A stretch of DNA of 62,947 nt, filler included, from Conidiobolus incongruus B7586 (lineage: Eukaryota): NCBI GenBank assembly GCA_000697335.1. It is 5 parts of 5 records of this genome, joined end to end, with 100 filler letters (N's around TTAATTAATTAA, not from the genome) between each part and the next. Parts side by side here need not be neighbours in the genome. Positions count along the whole stretch, not along the records: positions 7,184 to 17,048 come from JNEM01006241.1; positions 17,149 to 30,166 come from JNEM01006242.1; 3 more parts are not named here. One strand, written 5' to 3'. Numbering within the stretch: position 1 is the first letter of the stretch; each line of letters begins with the position of its first letter. Positions 12,694 through 25,865 of this stretch are shown here, piece after piece. The notes below the pieces were generated by a model, which saw only the letters and a list, made by a program, of their open reading frames with translations, made no database searches and was not told where the DNA came from. The position numbers and the translations under genes were made by a program.

Positions 12694-14479
12694 TTATTTT
12701 CATAAGCCTAAAGTGTAATACCGTCTTAAAGCGGTGTTTCGTGATCAAAATATCCATGTAGTTTGAATAATCTTAAAAATTGTAAATCCCAATTTTCATC
12801 GGATGGTTAGGCGTATTAGCTCCTAAAACATATTAATATATAAATACTTGAATTAATTTTTATGAGAAGGTTTTTACAAATGAATTTTTCATTAGCAATA
12901 CAAAATCGGTCTCCCTATCCAATCTTCGAAAATACAATTTTATATATGTGAACATTTTTTGAACATTTATATATAGATCTAGCAAAAAAATAAGGACCAA
13001 TGTTGTAATATATATAATAGTTGGCAATTGTTATATTTGTGATTAATTTTCGAATTACTTGAAAAAGAATTTGTGATTTTTTATATAGGTATTTGTCTTG
13101 ATATTTTCTATTTCAAAATGTGAATCGTTGATGTAAATATCAGCTTTTGACCTTATAGTTCAACTATCATAAACTTAATTAATTATCACAATACTAAAAT
13201 TTAGTTAACAACTTTCAAGTATAATACATCACTATTGATTCAATGTTAAAATAATAAAAGTTTTACTAAAATCATCGAAAATATATTGAATTATTTTCAC
13301 AAAATTATACTATTAAATTGCAAGTATACACTATATTTTAAAAAATTGAATGATTATTGACAGTTAATATTTAGCAATGCTAACAACTTTAATTATTCAA
13401 CTTTTCCAAATTCTTGATTTTTTCAATATACCGATGTTGTCCGAATTATTTAATTTAACTACTATCGAATTGGCATTGTTAACAAGTTTCCAATTTAATC
13501 GAGTATTTGAACCATCTTTTCAATACGTTTTTTGTAATTGAATATCAATCATATAGTTTGTTATCAATTGGCAACTTTGAGTTGATTGAATATTATACAA
13601 ATCAGATTTATAATGAATATTAGGCAATATTTGTGATAATTAAGTTGAATTATATACATTGAAAATGATACTTTTAATGGGTATAATGTTGCATTATTTT
13701 CTTAATTATTAATTTACCACAATTAAACCATAGTAAGAGTATAATACTATTTAAAAAAATTTTCAACTCAGTTGATTCCAACCATTACTATTTAAACAAT
13801 CATTCGTTTTTCGCAATTTTTTCTTCGTAAAGTAAATTTTGGTAATTATAAAATTAGAAGAAATTAAAATGACACTTTGGAGATATACTGGGAGTATTGT
13901 CAATAGTTAATAGAGTTATATTTTCAAAATAAATCTATTAGTCAGCAATTCAATGTTCCAAAAATAATTTATTATTCAATGGTCAGTAATTTTTTATGAC
14001 TTTATTTATGCCAAATGTATGTAGATCACGTTATTCGAATATTCTTGTTTAACCATTCAACATATTAATATATATTATGATATATATATATATATCATAA
14101 CAATTCAATCCAACAGTTCAACTATATACTTTAAAAATAACTAATATTCTAATATCCAAAAAAAAATAAACAAATCGAAATTCTCATTTTAACCTAATAA
14201 GTCCAGGAACCAATAAAATTAAATACAGTGGAAACCTCTCAATATAAAGTCCAAACCACTGAAATTTCCATCACTGAAAATTGAATATAAACAAAGCATA
14301 TAACTCCATTCACTTTTTTCTTTATTATTCTGATTGTTAAAATAATTTATTCCAAATTTTTTAAATATATATATATGTATATATATATATTTTAAAGATA
14401 ATATTATATTATTAAAATATATTCAAAAAAGTATAAATAATTCTTTTTTATAAATAATTAACGATATTAAATATTCAAT

Positions 14480-15540
14480 ATGGGTAATATAAATATTGAG
14501 TATAACTTATAATTTATTAATAATTATTGAAATAGGTCAAATTTTTACTAAAATTTTTTCAAGATTATGGGGAGATAAAGAGGCTAGAATTTTAATTTTA
14601 GGCTTAGATGGTGCTGGTAAAACTACAATGTTATATAGAATGCAGGTAGCTATCTTTAAAAATATTCATCTAAGGGTATTTTTTATTCATCTATTACTTA
14701 GTTGGGTGAAGTGGTCTCGACTATACCTAGTAAGTGGGATATATTTTAGAGGTTTATTTATTGTATATTGAAATACTTTTTATTTCAGCTATTGGTTTTA
14801 ATGTTGAATCCGTTACTTATAAAAATGTCAACTTTCAAGGTAAATTAATATTACATTCTAATAATATAACGATATTAACCTTATTTTTTTAGTTTGGGAT
14901 TTAGGTGGTAAGTATCCAAATATAAAATTAACCAAATTTATAATCTGAATAGCATTCTAATTACTATTATTTTAAAAATACAATCAGGTCAAACTAGCAT
15001 TAGGTATTTCTATAGATACTGACCAAAACTATAATTATTAATGAATAATAATTGAATAGGCCATATTGGAGGTGTTACTATGCCAATACCGATGCTATTA
15101 TTTATGTTGTAGATAGTCAGGATAGAGATCGTATTGGTACCAGTAAAGAAGAATTATTATCCATGTTAGAAGTAATTTTATTCTTATTCATTTTTAATTT
15201 ATTGTATATTAATATTTTTTTAGGAAGAAGATTTACAAGATGCTGTATTATTAGTTTTCGCTAACAAACAAGTAATTTTCAGCTCAAGCTTAATTTTGCA
15301 ATTGATATTAATAATATTTTAGGATATGGAAGGTGCCATGACCCCAGCTGAAGTATCTGAAGCTTTAGGCTTAAGCCATCTTAAGAACCGACAATGGTCC
15401 ATATTTAAGACTTCTGCTATCAAGGGTGATGGTTTAGAAGATGGTCTAGATTGGTAAGTTTATCCCTTATAACTGGTAATTCAATGTTATTAATAATTTT
15501 AATCAGGGTTGTAAATCAATTACAAGGCAAACGCTCTTAA
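14480..15540 (+). CDS. ARL1: ADP-ribosylation factor-like GTPase Arl1, 10 exons
   Basis: Exons 14480-14483, 14536-14645, 14702-14729, 14789-14839, 14893-14907, 14988-15003, 15060-15171, 15224-15271, 15323-15453, 15507-15540 give [42 protein letters not shown]. Confidence 0.95.
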
Positions 15541-16372
15541 ATTTGGATATGGCTAATATCATCCAGAATTTTGCCTCCTTTCAAATACCGAATATATTTT
15601 CATCAATTTCTTTTGTGTATCCTATTAATTTTTATATTTTGATTAATTATTTTATACATTTTATAGATTTGTTAGTATATAAACCGAACTGAGTACAACC
15701 GAAGTTTATGATAAATATTTTTTTAATCAGATTTAATTAAACAATTGAAATAATAATTTTAGTAACAGAGTATCCACAATTTTAAATTACAATTATCTTC
15801 TTTTATTCAATTAATGAATCTAGTTTACTAAGATTTAGAAATATTTATAATAGGAGTTATCTTTGGCTTGTTGATTTTATTTTACCTTTTACACCTCATA
15901 TCCAATATTTTGTATAATTAAATAACTAAATATTTAAAATTATATTAGATATTCAACTAATCAACCCTTTTCTTAATCAATACTGAAAATTCAAACTAAG
16001 GGCAATAACACGAGCAGTTATATATATATATTATTAATTGTTATCAAGTTCTATTTTTGTTGACAACTATTATGGTACAATCTATTAAAATTCCAATTAA
16101 ATGTAATTAATCTAATATTGAATAATTGATGACTATAAACTAATTATAAGTTTTAAAAATATCTTGAAGGATAATAGATGATCTATTATGTATTTTTTCC
16201 TGAAATTTAGTTTTAAAAAATATATTCATAATTATTTTAACTAATTCATAATATCTTTTTTTATCAATAATGAAAAATCTAAATATAAAGTTTTACAAAA
16301 TTTAAATTCACAAATACTAATTAATTTGATACCAATTTCAATTAATTTTATAAAATGATATTATTTGAGATT

Positions 16373-16373
<1 letters not shown>

Positions 16374-16420
<47 letters not shown>
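16374..16420. repeat. (TAA)n microsatellite
   Basis: About 15 uninterrupted TAA units. Confidence 0.9.
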
Positions 16421-17048
16421 TATACATATATATTGACTATTGAATATATTATAAATTTGAATTAATTTTTATATCTCAAATATTTTATAAATATAAATTT
16501 ATTGATATAATTAATATGTTATTATATCTTTTATAATTAATTATTTTTTCATTAATGACTTATATAGTTACTAAAAATAACTATATGGTAATTTTAGATA
16601 AAACATTATCTCTATAAGCTGGTTATAAATTTTATGTGATTTTAAAAGGCTTTTGGTAGAGTTTTAATAATAATAAAATAACAGCCTTTTGATAATTATT
16701 ATTTGGTTTAAATATAATTAAATTTTATATTAAATTTATAAAAAAATTCCTGATAAAAAACATTAATCAAATAACTATATTATATCAAAATATAAGTTTT
16801 TATATTAATTTTATATAAAATTCAAATTTCAAACTATTAATATATTTTAAATATAAGATATTAAAATTACTATCATTATTTATTTTATAAATTAATAGCA
16901 ATAATAAAAAATAATTTAAAAATTATTTTTAAATAAATGCAAATAAATAATTATAAAGATTTTAAAAAATAAAATTAAACTTTAAATATATCAATAACTG
17001 TAATTATTAGTTAATATTTAATAATGATAAAAATTTTAATATTATTAT

Positions 17049-17148
17049 NNNNNNNNNNNNNNNNNNNNNNNNNNNNNNNNNNNNNNNNNNNNTTAATTAA
17101 TTAANNNNNNNNNNNNNNNNNNNNNNNNNNNNNNNNNNNNNNNNNNNN
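17049..17148. other. Assembly linker
   Basis: N44-TTAATTAATTAA-N44. Confidence 0.97.
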
Positions 17149-17508
17149 TCCGACATGCTAAAAGATGGAATCAAGGAATATCAATAGGAACGGGTTTAGA
17201 AGGATTAGTGTAAAATGACTCAAGTGGAACTATAAGCAGTTACTTGAGTATACCAAAAGGGTTGGCTTTGGATGTAGGGAAAAGGTTTATTAATGTAAGA
17301 AAGTAAGGTAAGAGAGAGAGATCAAGAAGGGAGCCGAGCCCTTCTTATACTTAAGTGAAATATATAGGCATAAGTATGCACGGATGAGTAACAGTGAGGT
17401 CACTCAGACGTGGACTGGTAAAATGTTGATAAGGCCTAATTTGGTTAATCAGGTACTTAATAGTGAATTGGAGTGAAGAAAGGTATCAATTAGGTAGCAA
17501 TCGTCACA
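17149..17508 (-). mobile_element. LTR of a second retroelement family, truncated by the gap, abutting tRNA-Val
   Basis: GC-richer island ending abruptly at TCGTCACA (TGTGACGA on minus strand); on minus strand TATAAG, then hairpin AAGAAGGG-N7-CCCTTCTT, CT-rich tract and AATAAA, i.e. U3-R-like layout. Confidence 0.65.
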
Positions 17509-17518
17509 GTTTACATAT

Positions 17519-17592
17519 GATCTCGTGGTGTAGTTGGTTATCACGTCTGTCTAACACACAGACGGTCCTCAGTTTGAATCTGAGCGAGATCA
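17519..17592 (+). tRNA. tRNA-Val(AAC), T-loop C56->T variant
   Basis: Acceptor GATCTCG/CGAGATC; anticodon stem TCTGT/ACAGA, loop CT-AAC-AC; T arm CTCAG-TTTGAAT-CTGAG; T6 terminator follows. Confidence 0.92.
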
Positions 17593-18417
17593 TTTTTTAA
17601 GTTTACTTTAAACTTAATTTATACAAAATATAGTTTTTAATATTTCAATCAATATAATTTTTAATTTAATTTCAATAAGCTGTTAATTTTAAAATATTTT
17701 TTAGTGAATATTCTTTGAATGGTTTTCACTGATATTCGATATATCAGAAATTATAATCAAAATTTCATTTATTAATATTATTCTTTATAATCAAAAAGAA
17801 TAATTTAAATTTTTTCATTGATTTAAACCTCTAACCTCTATAGTAAAAAATTTATTTAAAATAAATATTATCTAATTAATGATAGTGATGTTTTTTAAAT
17901 TATTCAAACTCGATAATATTAAACATTTTTATTGATTTACAAATTAATTAAAATTATTATCTTTTTTTTCCATAAAAACTATATCGTTTAATTTAAATAA
18001 ATTCAAGAAAAGTAAAGATAAATATGTTATTTGATTAAAATGATATAAAATGAATAAATATGGATAATCAAAATTGTAAAATTTATGTTTTTAACTTTAA
18101 TATAAAGATATTTGAATAAATTTGAAAAATTAATTTTTAATTGTTATAGATGATAGATTTGGCTTGATTTATATTATAAAATAAAATAACAATTAATATA
18201 TGAATACTTAAGATATAATAGAATTATTTATTTCGATTATTCAAAAAACCTACTGATTACTAAACTAAATAAAATTTTATAGTTGAATTATTTAATTAAA
18301 ATGTGCAAAGAATATAAAATTATTTTGAAATTTTTATCTCATCTTTATAAATAATTTTGGTTTAAAAATAAATACCAATTGTTTCAGTATCGAAAGAATT
18401 AATAAATAAGACTTATT

Positions 18418-19166
18418 TTAAAGTTCTTGGGATTTCGCTTTGAAGAAAGTATAAGACAGAGTTACAGTGTCAACATCCCACATGGAAGGATCTTCAGCAA
18501 ATTCGGGATCGATGAAGAAGAAAACGGGCATATCAACTTCTTCCCCAGCAGCCAACTTCTGCTCCTCAAAGCAGAAGCACTGGATCTTATTAAAATATTG
18601 ACCTACTTTCTGAGGAATTACATTATAACTAGAAATACCAATAATATCGTGATCAGCTAAATTTTTGGCGGTGTAAAAAGCTAGTGCAGATTCACCAGGA
18701 ACTACTTTGATTTGTTTTTGTTGTGGAGTGAAACTCCATTGGAGAGAGTCAGAAATACTGGAGTTAAAGGTGACTCGAATTTTGCGGAAATTATTTACGG
18801 GTTTCATATTTTCTGGGGTAAACTTGTCGTTATGAGTGATTGGTGTACCTCCATAGCCTGTGGCCGCACAGAACATACGATATAGAGGTACTGATGCGTA
18901 GGTGAGACCCAGGAGAAGAACTAAACCGGAACATGAGTATAATAAACCATCTATGTTGGATTTGGCGAAAGGATCAGGTTTTTTGTTAAAATTAGGTTTA
19001 GCATTAGTAATGGATCGAAATTGAATTTGGTTTCTTAAAAGGGAAGGGTTGGCTGGTATCCTTGATTTAAGGAGAATATTCCTGGAGAGACTCTATAAAC
19101 GTTATAAATATTTATGATATAAAATATATACATATATGGGAATTAATTTACACTAATTAAGGACAT
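18418..19166 (-). CDS. COX11: Cytochrome c oxidase copper chaperone Cox11
   Basis: Short first exon MSLIS plus intron; TYASVPLYRMFCAATGYGG, YFNKIQCFCFEEQ, DMPVFFFIDPEF. Confidence 0.96.
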
Positions 19167-19369
19167 TTTGAAAAATAAAATATATTGTAGAAAATAATAT
19201 TATAGAAGAGTTGAGTGAGATAAGAAAGTTTGTAAAGTAAAAAATATAAGTAATTTGGAATCAAAAAATATATTTTATGACTCTATTGAATTCTATAATG
19301 TATTAATTTAATATTAATAATATTAAAGAAATTATATTAATTTTATCAGTTTTGAATGAATAGATTAAA

Positions 19370-19378
19370 TTATGGGAT
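19370..19378 (-). promoter_or_regulatory. Candidate promoter motif ATCCCATAA (COX11 / tRNA-Arg)
   Basis: Exact copy 204 bp upstream of the COX11 ATG, 40 bp before tRNA-Arg. Confidence 0.6.
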
Positions 19379-19418
19379 ATTAACAAATTTGAGTTATAGA
19401 AATTATTAACATAACTAA

Positions 19419-19491
19419 GGTTCCATGGCCAAATGGATAAGGCGCTTGACTACGGATCAAGAGATTCCAGGTTCGATCCCTGGTGGAATCG
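19419..19491 (+). tRNA. tRNA-Arg(ACG)
   Basis: Acceptor GGTTCCA/TGGAATC; anticodon stem CTTGA/TCAAG with ACG; GGTTCGATCC B box. Confidence 0.96.
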
Positions 19492-19944
19492 TAATTCATT
19501 TCTAATTACATTTTTTTATATAAATTTCTTATTTCAGGATTTTCACTATATAATATATTTCACAATTTCCCTATTTTTGTGATTAATTTATCCTACAATT
19601 TAAATTAAAAAGATGATATCATTATTGATTATGATAAACAAACTTGACACCAGGTAAATATTTTTTCATTGAAATTCAGTTGATGAAGCCCATTTTCAAG
19701 TTGCACATGATCAAGTCATCAGTATATTAGTGGACTTAAATAATCACTGGATGACTAATTGCCTTTTGTCCACAACAGCAATCAACTTAAAATCCAGCCC
19801 TCAAATGTGACTGTATGTCATCCATTCACTTGAATTCATGTAGATTCACATGATTCTGTCATTGGTGTGGATATATAAGCACATGCATTCACTCTCTTTC
19901 TAATTGATACCACAACTGTTTCATCAATTTCACATATCAATAAA

Positions 19945-21276
19945 ATGACACAACAATCCCAAGATAAGAAATTATGTATGATTCCAGGTAATTTTTATAG
20001 CTAGTATGTGTTTTATTTTATATTTATTGCTTTACAGGACCTATTGAGTTCCATGAACATGTTCTCGACGCTGTTTCCACTTCTGCTACCTCCCACGTCG
20101 ACCCCAGATTCATTGAAGTATTCGGTGAGACTATCGAGAAACTTCGTGAAGTTTTCGGCACCAAGACTGCTCAACCTTTTATTATCAGCGGCTCTGGTAC
20201 CCTTGGTTGGGACATCGTTGCCAGTAATCTTGCCCAAGAAGGTGATGATGTTTTAGTATTAACCACTGGTTACTTTGGTGACCGCTTCACTGAATGTTTC
20301 CAGGCCTATAAAGTCAATCCCACTCAAATCAAAGCTGCCCCTGGTGATCGTCCTTCCTTAGAACAAATCGAACAAGCTTTAGGTGAAAAGAACTACAAGA
20401 TTATTACTATTACCCACGTCGATACATCCACTGGTGTCGTCTCTGACGTCAAGGCTATCAGTGAATTAGTTCGCAGAAAATCTCCTAACACTCTCGTTGT
20501 CATCGATGCTGTCTGCGCTGCCGTCGCTGAAGAACTCTACTTTGACGAATGGGATGTCGATGTCGTCTTGACTGCCAGTCAAAAGGCCATTGGTGTTCCT
20601 CCTGGTCTCTCCATCTTGATCATCTCTCAACGCGCCCTTGATGTTCACAAGAACCGTACTGTTCCCGTTCCCAATTACTACGCTTCTCTTGCCAAGTGGC
20701 TTCCCATCATGAAGGCTTACGAATCTCGCAAGCCCAGTTACTTTGCTACCCCTGCCGTCCAATTAATATACGGTCTCAATGTTGCCGTCAAGCAAATCCT
20801 CAAGGTTGGTCCTAAGAACATTTTTGAAGCCCACAAGAAGGCTGCTAAGGAATTCAGAGCTTTCGCTGAAGGTTTAGGTCTCAAATTGGTAAGACAATTA
20901 ATATATACGTATTTCATTAGTTTTATAATAATTAATTATAAATAGGTCCCTGTCAATCACGAAGTTGCTGCCAATGCCATGACCGCTATCTGGTACCCTG
21001 AAGGTATCGAAGGTGGTAAGCTCCTTCCCCACCTCTACGGTAACGGTATCGTCGTTGCCGGTGGTCTCTTAGCTGACTTAGCTCCCAAATACTTCCGCGT
21101 TGGGTAAGCTTAAACCAATCTTTATTTATCAATATTCTTACTAATTATGGTATAGGCATATGGGCTTAAGCGTCGTCGAACCCGAACGCGGTTACGTCGA
21201 AAAGACCAAGCAAGTTATCTCGGAAGGATTAGCCCACTTCGGTTACAAAGGTGCTCAACAACAATTATCAGCTTAA
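19945..21276 (+). CDS. AGX1: Alanine-glyoxylate aminotransferase (class V PLP), 4 exons
   Basis: LCMIPGP, ISGSGTLGWD, THVDTSTGV, TASQKAIG (PLP Lys), YFATPAVQL, YFRVGHMG; introns 19988-20037, 20889-20945, 21104-21155. Confidence 0.94.
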
Positions 21277-22081
21277 ATAATCATTCAATAAATTAAAAAG
21301 TATATAATTATAGCTATAATATTCACTTGATTAGTTTTTAATATAACTTGTTCAGCTATTTTTCAGGAATTAACCTACTTGAATTAAATTCTAGTTTAAG
21401 ATTTTTTTCAAATTTTAATTCCTCAAATTGGTCTTGTTTCAAATACAATCAAATAACTATTCTAATCATATTATAGATAAATTCTTGATACATTGATATT
21501 TATTAGAGTTAAACTATTAAAAAGCATATCAAAGAAAAGCACATGTCAAACTTGTATTTATTTTTCTTTAAAATTCATTTTAATAGTTTGTTTTAATCAA
21601 TTTTTTTTATCAAATTAGGGAATATTTGATATTTCAATTTAGTAGTGATTAATATTTGGTTTCGAATAAAAATTGAATAAATTAGATTTAATTTTAATTG
21701 GTTGTAAATTATTTCCGCTTATTATAGATCATGATATATTGGAAGATAATCACTATTCAAAAATCAAGATATAGGTTTAATTAAACAATAAATATAGTTT
21801 AATAGAAATTTAATATCTTTTGTAATAGTGGTATCGCTATAGTTTATAAAAATTAGAGTTGTTCTCGAATATTGGTTGAAATAGATAAAAACATATATTA
21901 TTCATCATTAAACTTTTTGTTTTAATAGATAGTTCAATATACTCAATTTGGTTAAAAAAGTTAATATCTTTTTATTTATATCATATATATATTGATTTCA
22001 CATTCATTGAACATATATTATAACTCATCAATGAATAATTTTTAAGATATTTTTATTGATTAAATGTTAGATTTGATATTT

Positions 22082-22354
22082 TTATTTGGGATGAGATATT
22101 TCAGACTCCATCTGAGCTTCCACCTCTTTAGCCTCTTTCTCTGGAAGTATATCCCGAGCCAAAGACTCAACCGCTTTTGCTAAACTTTCGAGAGATTCGT
22201 CACAATCTGCCGTGGAGTCCGCACGCGCATTGATCTCGCATTTGCGTACTGTTTCCGTCAATTCTTTCACTTGAGTTACTTTATAATCAACATTTTCTGG
22301 CGGTGCACCTATTACACTTAATACTATCAACGATAAAATATAAAATAATTTCAT
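22082..22354 (-). CDS. Small secreted protein, 90 aa, unknown function
   Basis: Signal peptide MKLFYILSLIVLSVIG|APP; acidic helical body with two Cys; GC above flanks. Confidence 0.75.
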   Translation of the reverse strand: MKLFYILSLIVLSVIGAPPENVDYKVTQVKELTETVRKCEINARADSTADCDESLESLAKAVESLARDILPEKEAKEVEAQMESEISHPK

Positions 22355-23924
22355 ATTGGTTGAGTTATATAAATATAAATTTAAAAAATTGGATTATAAC
22401 AAAAGAATAATAAGATTTAAATACCATTTCACATAGCTCACTCTGTGACAGTTTTTTAAAACGCCATTCTTATCATTAATTTGAATGAGTGGTTCGAAGT
22501 AAATATGAATTAGCCATTAAATTTTAACATCAATTCTGTAATCCAATTTTGATAAAAAAAATCAATAAAAATATCCCCAATTTGGAAATTATTATATACA
22601 ATAAAAACATCAAAAACTATTGAAAATAAAAGAATCAGATAGATAATAATTAATATGATATATTTCCAGATTATGAAAATGGCTTTTGAAAAAAATTTCA
22701 GTATTATATTAATGTATAAAAATTGTATAGTATATAAAAATCTTCGAATTCATTGGTGAATGATTTACAAATCACACAAAAAATAAATTCAATACAAATT
22801 TTTTCAACTTTAGATAATAGAAGAATCGGGCATTTTATACAAGAATGGATACAATGAATCCTTTAAAAATAATATATTATAATTCAATTATTCAATTCGC
22901 TATTATCATACTTTTTATATCTTGATGTCCAATGAAACCTTTATCATGATGCTATGTCAATAATGTATATAACTCTTCAAATCTAGGAAGTAGCAATTGG
23001 GTTTATAATATTAAATATTTATTTAATGAATTAAACCAAAATCAAAGTACTGTCAAATCCTTATAACGTATATTCCAAAATTGTCAATTACTTTATAAAC
23101 CCTAATTATGTTATATTACATCTAAATAATTAATGATTATTTTTTGGTTAAATCAAATTAATTTTAATTAAAAATTCTTAACCAAATTAATATCTAATAA
23201 TGTTATTGATCCAATATTTGATTAATATTTGTAAACTGCATCAATTTGGAAAAGCATAATTTGGTAATGAATCTATTTATACCAAAAGAACTAAGAAATC
23301 GGTTATTACAAGTTTGACATAATATATATTAAGGACATTGAATTCAATTAGCCAAATATTGATCAAATAATCAATATTGATAACTAAAAATAGACTTTAG
23401 TGCATTAATATAAATATTCATTAAAATTTGAAAATTCCTTATTTAGAATTAAGTTTATTTGATTCCCTAATAATTGATGAATAACAAAATGAATTATTCT
23501 AATATCAATATTACACATATTTAAGACTCATTATTATTCTACTCATGTATTATTTTAATTATCATTATAGTTCGCTTTAATTATATTATAATTTATTTAT
23601 TTAGATTATATAATTTGAATAAATTAGAAATATTTTATGATAATTTTGACATCCAAAATATTTTAAGTTCAAATTGTATTAAATATCTGAGTTATTCTAT
23701 TATTCTCCCATTCATTAACAAATTTTTGAATTCGACTCAATAAAATATATTAAAATCAAGAATTCGAAAATCAATATATATTATTGATAAATATATAAAT
23801 ATATAAATATATATTAATTGTAGATATCAATATTATAACTTATAGAATTATATATTATAAACCTAAAATATTGAAAATAAATCAGTCAAATTTGATAAAT
23901 GATTCTATTCAAAATAATATTGTT

Positions 23925-24500
23925 AGTTTAGAAAGAAAAAAATGGTAAATTTTTTAATTTTTGATTTTTCAAATATATTTCTAGTTTTGAAAAATTAAAA
24001 ATATAAAATATATAGGAGAATTAATATTTTTAATTTAAAATTTGAGGTTAAATTCAATTATGCTGAAATTAAATAATAATCATCAAATCTTATTTTAATA
24101 TTATTAAAATAGTCATAAACCCTCTAAAATCATTCAAGATATATAAACAACTTTTAAAAATAATGTTTTATCTAAATCTACTATTTATTATTAAATTTAT
24201 TACTTTAAAGTTAAAAAAGATTTTATTTAAAATTTACTTAAATTTAAAAGGTTAATTTATATTGTTATTTTTTTATTAATTAATAAAGTAAAAAATCTAT
24301 ATTAAAAAACTATTTTTTACTTCAACTAGAGAATTATCTAGGTAATTTAATATTAATCATACAAGTATTTTATATATTTTAAAGTTTAAACTTAAACTAA
24401 AATAAAATAAATATAAAATAAATACTTTATAATTTAACCAAAGCTTAGAAAAAAATTAAAATAATTATAATTAAATAAAATTTATCAAAATATTATTAAA
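23925..24500. repeat. Dispersed AT-rich repeat, copy B
   Basis: Colinear with 57115-57635 (e.g. TGATTTTTCAAAT..TAGTTTTGAAAAATTA, CTTTATAATTTAAC) and with 6563-7000. Confidence 0.7.
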
Positions 24501-25865
24501 AATGTAAGTATAAAGGTAAAATTACTGATATAGTATAGAGGAAAACTTAATATAGAAGTAGTGTGGCACAAAATATAGTAATATAATACAAAAAAATAAA
24601 CAAAGTTTAATTAAGCTTTAAATTAAAATAAGTCACTGATATATTAGGATTTATATTAGATAATGCCAATATATTATAATATTGATAGTATATGGTCTCA
24701 ATCTTAAAAATAATAGAAAAAATCAAAAATAGTAAGAATTAAGAGGAAAATGAAAAACTTAGTTTATTAGATAATTCAATGCTATTTATATAATTAATTT
24801 AGCTATAAAAGTATAAATTAATCATATAATTTATAATTAATTGAATTATATAGAAATATATATAAGAATTTAAAAAACTAGTCTTTTAACAAAAAATAAA
24901 GGTTTTTATAATAAATCATTTTAATTAATAAAATTTTATTTTTTTAAATAATCTTTTATTTAAAAATAAATCATAATATTAAGTCAAAATAATCCCCTTT
25001 AAAAATTCCAATGAACAAATATTTTATTAATAAATAAATATTAATTATTATAATAAATTATAATAATATAAAATTTACTTACTTAGTTTTTAAAGGAAAA
25101 TTAATTAATAATAAGTTTTATATTGTCTTTTTAAATAAAATAATTTTGAATTAATATTCTCATTATAAATTAAAAATACCTATTATTGTACATAATAATT
25201 ATAAAATATATAAAGTTAAACTTGTAAAAAAATTTCCATATAAAAATAACTAGAAAAAGCTACCATATCTAGTATATTCACTAGATTATAACTTATGAGA
25301 TTATAATTGTTTTAAGCAATTAAAAAATATACTTATAAAAAAAAATCCTTACAAACAAATTAAATTAGTTTGTAAAATATTAAATTTCAGTTTTTAATAA
25401 AAAAAACTCTTAAGTATTAAAAGCTTGCTAAAAGTATAGCAAAGAGTTAATAATAATAAAAAAGAATATTGGTTTTATATTGTGTATTAAATTTTATAAA
25501 TCATATATTATTGCTTGTATTTAATTCTAATTTGAAAATTGTACCATTACTTAATTTCTGTATTAATATATATATAAATTATTCACTTGATATTGATGTA
25601 ATAAAAATTACAAAAAAATGAATTTTACTAGAAATATTATAAAAATTAAATAATTTAACCTTAATATATTGATTAAATTCATAAATAAAGATTCGAATGA
25701 ACCTTGTAATGAACGAATATAAAAATAATATAAAAAATGTCAAATTTTTATTATCTATAATAATATTATTAAAATATTACAAAATCTATATTGAAAATAT
25801 ATATTAATATCTGATGTTAAAATAATTAAATAATTGGAAAGATACAGTGGTAATAATCAGTGGAA

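Noticed and set aside
14075..14100. 26-bp perfect palindrome TTATGA(TA)nTCATAA
   Set aside because: Mostly a self-complementary TA microsatellite; expected at this composition.
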